Shown: positions 1 through 15,230, counted from the first letter of the stretch. The stretch is DNA of 18,161 nt from an uncultured archaeon (GCA_964595665.1 CAZQQS010000011.1:1-18161), one strand, 5' to 3'. Numbers and translations are program-made. The notes: generated by a model not told the origin, from the letters alone.

Positions 1-3000
1 TTTTATATTTCAAAAATTCTTTTTCATCAAAAACAAATTTTAAATTCAAATTTTCTTTTGGTTTTATTATTGATTCTTCCTGTATAAAAAAATTATTCAT
101 AGAATCTATTTTGAAAATATCATACAAATCTTTTTTAGTAGAATCTCTTAAAGAATATTCTCCATCATAAATATTTATATCAAAAGGAGAATTATTCTTT
201 ATTTCTGTAATTGATTTTATTGCATCAGAATCTTTTGGAGAATACAACTCGATTTCTATATTACTTTTATCTAAAAAATCATATTTAGATATAAACTTAT
301 GAACGGCTATTTTATGATTAGGAACATCGTAAACAATTTTAATTTCATCATCTATTTTTAAAGCTTCAATATCTAAAACTACTAAACCATTAGAAATAGG
401 TTTTTCTTGCCTATATTCCCAAGTTCCATTTTTTAATTTATAATATTTAGCAATTCCAGAGTTTACAGGGTAACCCTCAAAATCATTTATATTAATTGCC
501 AATTTATTTTTTACAAAAGGGATTAATTTACCTACACCATTATTAATAGAATAATATTCTTCATTATAAATTATATCTAATGGAGAAGTATTCAAAGATT
601 CCAAATCTCTTGGAACTATTATAGCATCTGAAAACAAATCATAAATCCCAAAATTCAATTTAGTTTTAGTATCAGTTGCCAAACTATAATTAAAATCCAT
701 TTCCAAATAATTTGATTTTAAAATATCTAAATCATAAATATATACTGGACCTTCAGATAACTTTTTAGATCTATTAACAGATAATCCCTCTAAAGATAAA
801 TTCCCATTAGAAACATAAAAATCAAATGTTTTAATATCTTCTAATTTATTTATTTTTTCGTTTAACCCAGAATTATAAAAAGCAAATTTAGATTTAGAAT
901 CATATTTGTATTCTACTTTAGCTACTAAATTACCTGAATTTGGAACTTCTATAATATTAGGAACTAAAATATTATCTTGATAAACTTCAACACATAATTG
1001 TTCTTTACATTCTTGACCGTATTTATAAGTTACTGTTTTTAAATACCCAAAATCATTCAAATTAAAATTATAATTTAATAATAACTTATCATCTTTAACT
1101 GCATTTTGAGTCACAGAAATTTTAATTACATAAATCATTTCTACATCTTGTGTTGCTGAGTTAAAATTAAAAATATTTGAAAAACTTTTACTTTTATAAA
1201 ATAAATCCTTATCCAAATTAGAAACTATTTTATTATCTCCTTTAAAAAAATTATTTTTCAAATAATTATCATATAAAACTTCATCCCCCAAACCATAAAC
1301 ATTTCTAACAAGCACTTTAGAATTCACAAAATTCTCATCTTTTAAATCCCCTAAAACACCATAAAAATATAATTTATTTGTAGAAACAAAACTTTCTTTT
1401 GGAACAAAAACCTTAAAAGCGGCATAATAATCTGAATTTTCTAATTTAGAAACTCTATCAGTTTTATTTAACTCTTTACTATTATAAATACCTAAAAATT
1501 CAGAATCTAAATTAGAAATTTTGTTTTTAGAAACACTTTGTGTTAATTCAAAATCTAATTTTAATCGTTCATTTTTATTAATAAAAAAATCTTGAGAATA
1601 AAAATCTCTATAACCTTCTTTTGTGATTTTAAAATAAACATTACTCAATAATTTAGCTTCTACAACAATACAATTTGTTTTATTTAAAAAATAACTACTT
1701 ATAAAATCATTGTTTTCCGTATATAATTCTATAAATGCATCATTTAAATCAATTAATTCATTATTTTTCGTTTCATGTAAACAAACATCAATAACATGTG
1801 AATCCCATTTAACATTAACTTTAACATTTTGAACATTATACTCCAAACCTAAAGATCCTTGTACTGAAAAATTAGAACTCCCACCTAAATAAGGGTGATT
1901 TACTTTTACAATATAATTTCCTTTGAATATTTTTCTAGAAACTGAACCATTAAAATCAGTTTCCAAAATACCTATATTATGCATCATATTTGCTGTTAAA
2001 GAACTTCCTTTATATTCTTCAAAATAAACCTCAATATTAGGAATTGGTTTATTAGTTGTACTATCAATTACTTGAACATTTATAATATCATAATCAAAAG
2101 GAGTGCATTTTTTTATTTCTATTGTCTTTTCTATTGACTCTTCAAACTCAAATTCATAATCTAAAGCATCAAATTCATCACTATATTCTGAATTTAATTG
2201 TACAGATAATTTATATTTTCCTAATCCTTTAATTCCAAATTCAACTTTTGAATTACTATCAAAAGATTTCTGAGAAATAACCATATTGTTTTCATCTTTT
2301 AAATAAATTGACCCAGAAACAAAATTATTATCTTCAACATCAAAATCTACTTTAACTAAACCTAAATTAGGCAAATCTAAAATAAAATATTCTTGAATAT
2401 TTGAACCAGCAGTTATTTTTATATTTTTAGATTGCACAGCATATTTATTTTCTAAGTCATTTATGGTTATTACATAATCTCCTTCTAATAATTCAAACTC
2501 GTAATTGCCAAAATCTTTTGTCAAACCCTTATCAATTAATTTCTGAGTAGCATTATCTTCTCTAACACTTACCTCTATATTTCTAGCAGGTAAATTATCA
2601 ATATAATTTACATATACTAATAATTTATTTTTACTCACATTTTCAGGAATTGAAGGAGTATCTATTGGAGTATCCAATAATATCTTACATAATCCTGAGC
2701 CACAAGTTTGAGTTTTTGTTGGCAAACCTTCAACAATTACTTTAGCACTTACCACATCACAAGGAATAATTATATTTTCTAAAATCCCATCAACAATATT
2801 ATATTCTTGAGAATAATCTTCACAAGATAAATTTATTAACCCAGTTCTTTGTAATAATGAATTTCCAGAATATAATGAAAATGAATAAGTTTTATTAACA
2901 ATTTTTTTAACAGGATCATCAGAAGAAATTTCTAAATCAACCCTTATAATCTTTTCATTTGTTTTTATTCTCTTTTCAAATGTTTCACTATTATAAATTA

Positions 3001-3382
3001 TTTTTGCAGTCAAATATTTGTTTGGGACATACTTAAAAACTCCATTAATTATTTCAACATCATCACTTAAACTAATTCGGGCATTAACTAATTTATTATT
3101 CACATAAACATTAATAATATATTCTTGTTCTGGCGAATAAAAAATAAAAAATAATATCAATCCAATAATAATTAAAAATAAAATAATAAACAAAATTAAA
3201 GATGGGAAATATTTATCTATTTTATCAACAACAAATCCCAATTTAATCTTTCTCATAAACTCTTTATAAGAATTATTTATTTTCGTAAAAATATTTTCTT
3301 TTTTTACTTCTTTAGAATCATCTTTTTTAGGTATATTTAATTGCTTTATTTGAGAATCATCAAAATTAAAACTATCTTCCAT
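1..3382 (-). CDS. Large membrane-anchored surface protein, N-terminal 1127 aa only (C-terminus lies beyond the left window edge). Paralogue of the N-terminal part of the adjacent giant protein.
   Basis: Manual codon-by-codon translation of the minus strand. ATG is at 3382-3380 and there is no in-frame stop down to position 2. An in-frame TGA at 3400-3398 bounds the ORF upstream. The N-terminus MEDSFNFDDSQIKQLNIPKKDDSKEVKKEN...KIDKYFPSLILFIILFLIIIGLILFFIFYSPEQE is a cytoplasmic tail plus one TM helix. The remainder is beta-rich with CarboxypepD_reg/PEGA-like signatures (NIEVSVREDNATQKLIDKGLTKDFGNYEFELLEGDYVITI; INVQVIDSTTNKPIPNIEVYFEE...GNYIVKVNHPYLGG). GTGATC, complementary to the 16S 3' end, lies 3 nt upstream of the ATG. 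The gene starts 8 nt after the upstream gene's TAG. It is missing from the supplied ORF track, presumably because it has no in-window stop. Confidence 0.85.
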   Translation of the reverse strand, partial: MEDSFNFDDSQIKQLNIPKKDDSKEVKKENIFTKINNSYKEFMRKIKLGFVVDKIDKYFPSLILFIILFLIIIGLILFFIFYSPEQEYIINVYVNNKLVNARISLSDDVEIINGVFKYVPNKYLTAKIIYNSETFEKRIKTNEKIIRVDLEISSDDPVKKIVNKTYSFSLYSGNSLLQRTGLINLSCEDYSQEYNIVDGILENIIIPCDVVSAKVIVEGLPTKTQTCGSGLCKILLDTPIDTPSIPENVSKNKLLVYVNYIDNLPARNIEVSVREDNATQKLIDKGLTKDFGNYEFELLEGDYVITINDLENKYAVQSKNIKITAGSNIQEYFILDLPNLGLVKVDFDVEDNNFVSGSIYLKDENNMVISQKSFDSNSKVEFGIKGLGKYKLSVQLNSEYSDEFDALDYEFEFEESIEKTIEIKKCTPFDYDIINVQVIDSTTNKPIPNIEVYFEEYKGSSLTANMMHNIGILETDFNGSVSRKIFKGNYIVKVNHPYLGGSSNFSVQGSLGLEYNVQNVKVNVKWDSHVIDVCLHETKNNELIDLNDAFIELYTENNDFISSYFLNKTNCIVVEAKLLSNVYFKITKEGYRDFYSQDFFINKNERLKLDFELTQSVSKNKISNLDSEFLGIYNSKELNKTDRVSKLENSDYYAAFKVFVPKESFVSTNKLYFYGVLGDLKDENFVNSKVLVRNVYGLGDEVLYDNYLKNNFFKGDNKIVSNLDKDLFYKSKSFSNIFNFNSATQDVEMIYVIKISVTQNAVKDDKLLLNYNFNLNDFGYLKTVTYKYGQECKEQLCVEVYQDNILVPNIIEVPNSGNLVAKVEYKYDSKSKFAFYNSGLNEKINKLEDIKTFDFYVSNGNLSLEGLSVNRSKKLSEGPVYIYDLDILKSNYLEMDFNYSLATDTKTKLNFGIYDLFSDAIIVPRDLESLNTSPLDIIYNEEYYSINNGVGKLIPFVKNKLAININDFEGYPVNSGIAKYYKLKNGTWEYRQEKPISNGLVVLDIEALKIDDEIKIVYDVPNHKIAVHKFISKYDFLDKSNIEIELYSPKDSDAIKSITEIKNNSPFDINIYDGEYSLRDSTKKDLYDIFKIDSMNNFFIQEESIIKPKENLNLKFVFDEKEFLKYK

Positions 3383-3390
3383 ATTGATCA

Positions 3391-10920
<7,530 letters not shown>

Positions 10921-11061
10921 AAAAATCCCAATCAATACAATATATTAATAATGTATTATAGAATAAATACTAAAAGTATATAAACATTTTCGGATTTTTC
11001 CTTTATTTTTGTTATGTAGTATGCCCAAATCCTTTATAAACAGAAATAGAGTTTTTTTATT
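10921..11061. promoter_or_regulatory. Divergent intergenic promoter region for the giant gene (minus) and the beta-CASP nuclease gene (plus), with archaeal TATA boxes placed for leaderless transcripts.
   Basis: TTTATAAA at 11033-11040 ends 22 nt before ATG 11062. On the other strand TTAATATA (plus-strand tatattaa, 10941-10948) lies 21 nt before ATG 10920. An archaeal TSS normally lies ~25 nt downstream of the TATA centre, so transcripts would start at or next to the ATG. Confidence 0.5.
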
Positions 11062-12042
11062 ATGTTAAATTTACGATATGGTTCAAATATCTTAGGAAAC
11101 TATTTTGATACAGATTTTTCAATAGATTCTATACGAAAAAACAGCTCTATAGGGTTTATAACTCATGCCCATAAAGACCATATTACTTCAAATTATGTTA
11201 ATGACGTGTTATTAACCCAAGCAACCTTAGATATTATGAAGGTTTATGGAATAACTCCAAAATCAAAAACTTTAGAATATAATAAAAAATATAAATTAGA
11301 TGATTTGGAATACAAAATAATTAATTCGGGACATGTTTTAGGCAGTTATAGTTTAATTTTAGAATATAATGGTACAAAAATAAATATTACGAGTGATATT
11401 AATACTTTGCCCACAACAGTTACAAAAGAAACTAAAATTGAAGATTGTGATATTTTAATTATTGAAAGTACATATGGCTCACAAAAAGATATTTTCCCAG
11501 ACAAAGATAAAGAATATAAAAAACTATTAAACTGGTTAACCTTAAATAAGATTAATAATCGATTACCAATAATTGGAGCATATCCTTTAGGGAAAACACA
11601 AGAATTAGTTAAATTAATTTCTGACAATACAAATTATAATATTGGATTAACAAATGATGCTTACGACATTTGTGATGTCTATAAAAATCACAATATTAAA
11701 ATGAAAAATTATTTTAAAATAAATGGCAATTTAAATGATTTAGATTTATTAATTTTAAATCCATCAAAAATAAATAAAACATTTATTAACGCATTATCAA
11801 TTACAAGTAAAAAAAATTTAGCATTTGCAACTACTTCTGGAATGAGTTTTAATGTTGGAGAAAAATTTAATATTTCTAATCATTGTGATATAAATCATTT
11901 ATTAGAATATGTTGAAGAAAGTAATGCAAAAACAATTTACACTTATCATGGAAAAGAAAAAGAATTATCTGATACTATTAATACAAAATTACACAAATTT
12001 TCTAAACCTTTGAAAGATGTAAAAAAGATAGAGATTATATAG
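11062..12042 (+). CDS. Small metallo-beta-lactamase-fold / beta-CASP family nuclease (aCPSF/SNM1-like RNA- or DNA-processing enzyme).
   Basis: Motifs read from the 326-aa track protein: HxHxDH (ITHAHKDHI), SGHVLGS (motif 3 His), IIESTYG (beta-CASP motif A acidic residue), ISNHCD (motif B His), TYHGKE (motif C His). A leaderless-type TATA lies 22 nt upstream. The stop is TAG. Confidence 0.75.
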   Translation: MLNLRYGSNILGNYFDTDFSIDSIRKNSSIGFITHAHKDHITSNYVNDVLLTQATLDIMKVYGITPKSKTLEYNKKYKLDDLEYKIINSGHVLGSYSLILEYNGTKINITSDINTLPTTVTKETKIEDCDILIIESTYGSQKDIFPDKDKEYKKLLNWLTLNKINNRLPIIGAYPLGKTQELVKLISDNTNYNIGLTNDAYDICDVYKNHNIKMKNYFKINGNLNDLDLLILNPSKINKTFINALSITSKKNLAFATTSGMSFNVGEKFNISNHCDINHLLEYVEESNAKTIYTYHGKEKELSDTINTKLHKFSKPLKDVKKIEII

Positions 12043-12088
12043 GAATAAATATATACTCTCTGTTGGATATTATATAATAGGGATTTTC

Positions 12089-13117
12089 ATGGGTTTTATC
12101 AAAGGACAATACATACCTTCAGCAGAAGAATTAATAGATAATGCATTTCAAAAAGCAAGAACTACAGCATCTAAAATAGATGAAAGAAATGTTGAAAAAT
12201 TAGTTGTTTCTAAAGAAAAAGAAAGAGTTAAAATTACTGCTGAAGAGCTAACTGGAAAATTAAAAACTATTGTAAACCATTTTCCAAATATTAATGAATT
12301 AAACCCTTTATACAAAGCATTATTAAAAAATTCTATAAATATTATAGAATTAAAAAAAGCTTTGGGACATATTACAAGTTCATCACAAACTATAGATAAT
12401 ATTAAAGCAAAAACTTTAATGAATATGGCACATTCAAATAGATTACAAATTTCAAAAAATAGAAATGAATTTTATGGTCGAGTAGTGTCAGTAGTTAAAA
12501 GATGTAAGGGCTCATTAAATATAATTAAAAATGCATTAAAAGAAATTGCAAATATTCCTAAAATAAAGGACTTACCAACTATTTTATTAGTTGGTTTACC
12601 TAATACTGGAAAAAGTACTTTTTTAAAAACAATTACTGATGCAAATGTAGAAATACAAAACTATTCTTTTACTACTAAAAGATTACAAGTTGGAAAATTA
12701 AAAGTAAAATTCTTAGATTTTCAAATTTTAGATTCTCCTGGTTTATTGGATAGACCTGTTGAAAAACAAAATACAATCGAAAAACAAACTACAATTGCAT
12801 TAAAAACCGTTGCCAGTTCTATAATATTTATTTTAGATGCAAATCAAGATGTTAATGCACAAAAAAACATTTTAAAAAAATACAAACCGTTATTAAAAAA
12901 TTTGCCAGCAATAATAATTATTAATAAAATTGATTTATTAGATGAAATTGAATTAGAAGAATTTAATGCAGAAATAAAACAAATAATTAAAAAACAAAAA
13001 ATTTACTTAACTTGCTTATTAGATTCAGATACTAAATTAATAGATGAAATAAAAAATGATATTTATAATTTAAATAAAAATTGGTATGTAAAAAAAGGCC
13101 AAGAAAGAATAAAGTAA
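12089..13117 (+). CDS. NOG1-family (Obg-related) GTP-binding protein, archaeal/eukaryal type.
   Basis: The N-terminal helical region (IPSAEELIDNAFQKARTTA) is typical of the NOG1 N-domain. G1 is GLPNTGKST, G3 is DSPGLLDR, G4 is NKIDL. The 342-aa length fits archaeal Nog1 homologues. Confidence 0.8.
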   Translation: MGFIKGQYIPSAEELIDNAFQKARTTASKIDERNVEKLVVSKEKERVKITAEELTGKLKTIVNHFPNINELNPLYKALLKNSINIIELKKALGHITSSSQTIDNIKAKTLMNMAHSNRLQISKNRNEFYGRVVSVVKRCKGSLNIIKNALKEIANIPKIKDLPTILLVGLPNTGKSTFLKTITDANVEIQNYSFTTKRLQVGKLKVKFLDFQILDSPGLLDRPVEKQNTIEKQTTIALKTVASSIIFILDANQDVNAQKNILKKYKPLLKNLPAIIIINKIDLLDEIELEEFNAEIKQIIKKQKIYLTCLLDSDTKLIDEIKNDIYNLNKNWYVKKGQERIK

Positions 13118-13184
13118 TTCTTTCTTACTCTTATGAAGTCCCTTATTCAGTGCCTTTCCTATGCCAAGAAAGAATAAAGTAATT
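13098..13184 (+). repeat. Direct duplication of the last 22 bp of the GTPase gene (gccaagaaagaataaagtaatt) at 13098-13119 and 13163-13184, flanking a 43-bp GC-richer spacer.
   Basis: Both copies were read directly and are 22/22 identical. A degenerate third copy (gccaaagaataaaaata) starts at about 13227. Confidence 0.85.
13101..13126 (+). terminator. Hairpin spanning the GTPase stop codon (10-bp perfect stem, 6-nt loop), a candidate transcript 3'-end structure.
   Basis: aagaaagaat (13101-13110) / loop aaagta / attctttctt (13117-13126) are exact reverse complements, and the 3' arm is U-rich. No long T-tract follows, so terminator function is uncertain. Confidence 0.35.
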
Positions 13185-13228
13185 TATTCATATAACTTAA
13201 AAGCTAATCACAAGATTCCATTTTAAGC

Positions 13229-13251
13229 CAAAGAATAAAAATAGAAAACTA
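13229..13251 (-). terminator. Oligo-T-rich tract immediately downstream of the ATPase stop, a candidate archaeal terminator.
   Basis: The minus strand after TAA reads TAGTTTTCTATTTTTATTCTTTG. Archaeal termination typically uses T-runs. Confidence 0.3.
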
Positions 13252-14601
13252 TTATTTTTTAATTACCCCTAAAACTCTATTTGTATAATCATCTAATAAA
13301 AACATAGTTAAAGGAATTTTATTCTCAAAAAATGCTTTTTTAGTTAAAATAATGGCATCCTTTCTATTTGAATCTTTAGATTTAACTTCTAAATTTAATA
13401 TTTTATCATTATGATTAATTACAAAATCAATTTCTTTTCCTTTTTTAGGACTAAAAAAATAAAATTTATTTTTATAATCTATTGTATCACTTAAATCTAT
13501 AAAATTTTGCCAAATATGACTTGCAAAAACATTCTCTTTTATTTTCCCCATAAATTCATCATCAGATATTAATTTCAAACTCTTTTGAAACATATTTATT
13601 TCCCCATAAACCCATTTATAAATTGCAAAATAAAAAAAAGAATCTATAAAGTAAATTTTCTTCATTTTCTTTGTGTTTATAATCCCATCTTCAGAATTGT
13701 AAATAAATAAATTTAAAAAAGATCTTTCAAAAACATCAACATATTCTTTAACAGTATGATGTGAAACGTCTGCATATTGTGTTAAAGTAGACCAAGAAAT
13801 CTTTGAAGATAAAGTCTCAATTATTTTTCTTAAAATTGTTTTACCAGTATTCGCCTTAAAACTATATTTCTCAATGTCTCCTAAAACCCACTTTATATAA
13901 ATGTCATAGATGTTATCATCAATAAATCCAGTTTCTAAATAATTATTTATTACAAAAGGTAATCCCCCAGTTAAAATATATTCTTCAAATTTTGCATTTA
14001 TTAAATCTATATTTGATAAAATATATTCTTTAGTTAAAACAATTTCTGGAAATAATAAATTATAATATTCCTCAAAAGTCATTGGTTTTGCAATAATTCT
14101 TCGCCCATTGCCAGTCCTACCAGGCATAGTTTCATATTCATAACGCATATCCAAAGTATTTGAACCAGTTAAAATAACAATTTTATTTCTAAATAACCCT
14201 AAATCTGAAATGCTTTTTATTAATTTGCTCCAATTTTCAACATAAGATATTTCATCTATAAAAACATATTTAGTAAATTTATTTAATTCTAAAAATCTAA
14301 TTAAGCATTGTTCTAATTCTTTATTTAATAAATTGGTAGCATTTATATACAAAATATTATTCAAATCTTCATTATTTGATAACTCCAATATTTTCTGCTT
14401 AATAGCTGTTGTTTTACCAACTTGTCTAGGACCCCGTAAAATATATACTCCATCTTTTAAATCATTGAACCAATCAACTTTTCTAATAAACTTTACATTT
14501 TTTAATTTAATTAAATCTGGATCATTATTAGGATAATCAATACTCCACCAAGGATTAAAATTAAATAAAAATCTAATACTCTCATCTAAATTTGGAACCA
14601 T
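13252..14601 (-). CDS. COG1373-type AAA+ ATPase (AAA_14 N-domain) with a C-terminal DUF4143 / PD-(D/E)xK nuclease-like domain.
   Basis: Walker A is RGPRQVGKTT and Walker B is YVFIDEISYVENW. The C-terminal KEIDFVINHNDKILNLEVKSKD matches the D...ExK restriction-endonuclease-like motif characteristic of DUF4143. A family-typical ending (KIPLTMFLL) is followed by an extra DDYTNRVLGVIKK tail. ATG is at 14601, with a palindromic TTTATAAA 22 nt upstream. Confidence 0.8.
   Translation of the reverse strand: MVPNLDESIRFLFNFNPWWSIDYPNNDPDLIKLKNVKFIRKVDWFNDLKDGVYILRGPRQVGKTTAIKQKILELSNNEDLNNILYINATNLLNKELEQCLIRFLELNKFTKYVFIDEISYVENWSKLIKSISDLGLFRNKIVILTGSNTLDMRYEYETMPGRTGNGRRIIAKPMTFEEYYNLLFPEIVLTKEYILSNIDLINAKFEEYILTGGLPFVINNYLETGFIDDNIYDIYIKWVLGDIEKYSFKANTGKTILRKIIETLSSKISWSTLTQYADVSHHTVKEYVDVFERSFLNLFIYNSEDGIINTKKMKKIYFIDSFFYFAIYKWVYGEINMFQKSLKLISDDEFMGKIKENVFASHIWQNFIDLSDTIDYKNKFYFFSPKKGKEIDFVINHNDKILNLEVKSKDSNRKDAIILTKKAFFENKIPLTMFLLDDYTNRVLGVIKK
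13255..13295 (-). repeat. Copy A of a 41-bp direct repeat, forming the 3' end of the ATPase CDS and encoding LDDYTNRVLGVIKK.
   Basis: ttttttaattacccctaaaactctatttgtataatcatcta compared with 15061-15101 ttctttaattacacctaaaactctgtttgtataatcatcta: 38/41 identical, same orientation, same reading frame. Confidence 0.85.
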
Positions 14602-14630
14602 AATATTAAAAGATACAAAATGTTTATAAA
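14602..14630 (-). promoter_or_regulatory. Archaeal TATA box (TTTATAAA, 14623-14630) for a leaderless ATPase transcript.
   Basis: Same octamer and same 22-nt distance to the ATG as at the beta-CASP gene (11033-11040 to 11062). No SD-like motif lies in between. Confidence 0.5.
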
Positions 14631-14670
14631 TCGACCTTATTGGAACCCTGACTTCTAATGAATACTTGTT

Positions 14671-14868
14671 TTATGGAAGTATCACTTCCAATATGGCTCT
14701 ATAAATATTATCTCTATGATCAAAATCTAAAAACAAAATAAATTTATTTTTTAAATCTACTTTAAAAGTTAAAACAAAATTCTTTCCAATGTGCACTCTT
14801 TTTCTGTCTGATAAATCATTTCTTAAATTTTTATAATGATTTATAATATCAAAATCAGAATTAAACAT
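14671..14868 (-). CDS. Short RelE/ParE-superfamily-like toxin (65 aa).
   Basis: The core RVHIGKNFVLTFKVDLKNKFILFLDFDHRDNIY parallels the RelE/ParE signature (R-x-R-v-G-d-Y-R-i-i-Y ... i-g-H-R-k-d-v-Y). The start ATG directly abuts the stop of the upstream small gene, and GTGAT lies 3 nt upstream. The N-terminal region is about 25 aa shorter than I remember for typical RelE proteins. Confidence 0.55.
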   Translation of the reverse strand: MFNSDFDIINHYKNLRNDLSDRKRVHIGKNFVLTFKVDLKNKFILFLDFDHRDNIYRAILEVILP

Positions 14869-15132
14869 CTAATCACTGGAAAATAATTTATTTAAATCGT
14901 CTTTAGACCTAGTTCTTTTCCCGTGTTTTGCTTCATGTTCTCTTTCTAATTTTAAAATTTTTTCAACATACTCATCTTTAACTACTTCATCAGCATACTC
15001 TTTACCATGCTTTTTTGCCAAATAAATCAAAGCCTGAGATTTGTCTTTTAAACCATACTTTTCTTTAATTACACCTAAAACTCTGTTTGTATAATCATCT
15101 ACATATAAATTTACATTTACACTTGCACCCAT
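14869..15132 (-). CDS. Ribbon-helix-helix (CopG-like, possibly DUF2683-type) antitoxin, 87 aa.
   Basis: The pattern is beta-strand VNVNLYV, helix DDYTNRVLGVIKEKYGL, helix KDKSQALIYLAKKHG, then a charged C-terminal tail (EREHEAKHGKRTRSKDD). It sits immediately upstream of the RelE-like gene. GTGAT lies 5 nt upstream of the ATG. The family name is from memory and unverified. Confidence 0.55.
   Translation of the reverse strand: MGASVNVNLYVDDYTNRVLGVIKEKYGLKDKSQALIYLAKKHGKEYADEVVKDEYVEKILKLEREHEAKHGKRTRSKDDLNKLFSSD
15061..15101 (-). repeat. Copy B of the 41-bp direct repeat, inside the antitoxin CDS (residues ~10-24, VDDYTNRVLGVIKE).
   Basis: See 13255-13295. The copies are 1,806 bp apart. Confidence 0.85.
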
Positions 15133-15160
15133 AAATAATCACATATAAATTAGAACCAAA

Positions 15161-15186
15161 ACTTATTTAAACTTATTTAAAATAAG
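15161..15186 (-). promoter_or_regulatory. Candidate TA operator/promoter element: tandem acttatttaa x2 overlapping the near-palindrome cttatttaaaataag.
   Basis: Read directly. It lies 29-54 nt upstream of the antitoxin ATG. RHH antitoxins commonly autoregulate through palindromic operators. The AT-rich background makes chance occurrence plausible. Confidence 0.3.
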
Positions 15187-15230
15187 CCCTACTAATTAAA
15201 TAAAATTACAGATTAAATTCTATTTAGTTA

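Noticed and set aside
10921-10935. TTG start codons used by the track at 10935, 17702 and 17974.
   Set aside because: Each is simply the most upstream alternative start in its frame. ATGs at 10920 and 17687 have much better TATA spacing or GTGAT context. The 17974 ORF is open all the way to the window edge, so its TTG is internal.
11346-11627. Track ORF of 93 aa on the minus strand, inside the beta-CASP gene.
   Set aside because: It is antisense to a CDS with a full set of catalytic motifs and has no recognisable motifs of its own.
13129-13165. A GC-richer patch between the duplicated 22-mers that might be a tRNA fragment or small RNA. A second GC-richer patch at 14636-14660 shares gaagtc/gacttc with it as a possible inverted repeat flanking the ATPase gene.
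   Set aside because: I could see no tRNA-like cloverleaf, T-loop or anticodon-arm pattern. The shared element is only 6-8 nt, which is not distinguishable from chance.
13161-13226. A 21-codon ORF (MPRKNKVIYSYNLKANHKIPF) starting in the second copy of the duplicated GTPase 3' end.
   Set aside because: It is very short, has no SD or TATA at an appropriate distance, and reads the duplicated 22-mer in a different frame from the GTPase. It is most likely a by-product of the duplication.
13227-13248. Similarity between agaataaaaatagaaa (left island border) and agaataaaataggaat (15250-15265, right border) as possible island-flanking repeats.
   Set aside because: The match is short, contains an indel, and is made of A/T-rich sequence that is common throughout this window. 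The right-hand copy is already explained as part of the terminator hairpin.
14333-14536. Track ORF of 67 aa on the plus strand, inside the ATPase gene.
   Set aside because: It is antisense to the Walker A/B region of a well-supported CDS.
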